64,000 bases of DNA from a virus. The stretch lies in IMG/VR virus record IMGVR_UViG_3300045988_080466; one strand, given 5' to 3'. The notes below the pieces were generated by a model. That model was not told where the DNA came from. It saw only the letters and a list, made by a program, of their open reading frames with translations, and made no database searches. Position 1 is the stretch's first letter; the number at the start of each line of letters is the position of its first letter. This document shows positions 63,946 to 64,000 of the stretch, one piece after another. Both the position numbers and the translations under genes were made by a program.

Positions 63946-64000
63946 TCGTTTAAGAAGTCTTCCATTATAAGTTCAGATTCTGATTCATCTATCCGCACAT
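63918..64000 (-). CDS. 3' end of an ORF that continues beyond the window
   Basis: Hand translation gives an open frame ...VRIDESESELIMEDFLNEWKSLKGLK* ending at TAG 63918-63920. It overlaps the next gene's start. Confidence 0.3.
   Translation of the reverse strand, partial: VRIDESESELIMEDFLNEWKSLKGLK

Noticed and set aside
1-64000. Stop-codon reassignment (TAG or TGA recoding), which occurs in some crAss-like lineages.
   Set aside because: All long ORFs, including the 9-10-kb ones, are intact under the standard code, and genes end cleanly at TAA, TGA or TAG. There is no sign of in-frame stops needing recoding.
1-64000. CRISPR arrays, tandem DNA repeats, integrase/lysogeny genes and transposases.
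   Set aside because: No regularly spaced direct repeats were noticed, and no ORF carries recombinase or transposase signatures. A dot-plot would be needed to exclude dispersed DNA repeats.

Overview
This AT-rich dsDNA phage segment has the architecture of a crAss-like phage (Crassvirales), and promoter shape suggests a Bacteroidota host. All calls come from reading the supplied translations and DNA by eye; no HMM, BLAST or statistics were run. From 1 to 41865 (+ strand) is a tightly packed, start/stop-overlapping late arm. It holds tail proteins, Gly-rich putative ejected proteins and four giant ORFs. These include a 3290-aa protein with the DFDID catalytic motif of crAss-type virion RNA polymerases, a 3053-aa protein with an embedded SF1 helicase core, a 1127-aa protein with an HExxH zincin motif, and a 1541-aa protein with a RecB/Cas4-like PD-(D/E)xK motif set. 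A hairpin at 41878-41921 marks the convergent junction. From 41927 to 64000 (- strand) is a replication and auxiliary-metabolism arm. It carries family-A DNA polymerase, ThyX, dNMP kinase, T4-like Pnkp plus an RNA ligase, an N-terminally trimmed RlmN/Cfr-family radical-SAM enzyme, and two metallophosphoesterases. The most notable feature is a ten-gene, translationally coupled NAD+ operon encoding PncA, PncB, NadD and NadE together with Nudix and Rossmann/SLOG-like proteins. This looks like a candidate counter-defence NAD+ reconstitution system. No tRNA, CRISPR array, integrase or stop-codon recoding was seen.
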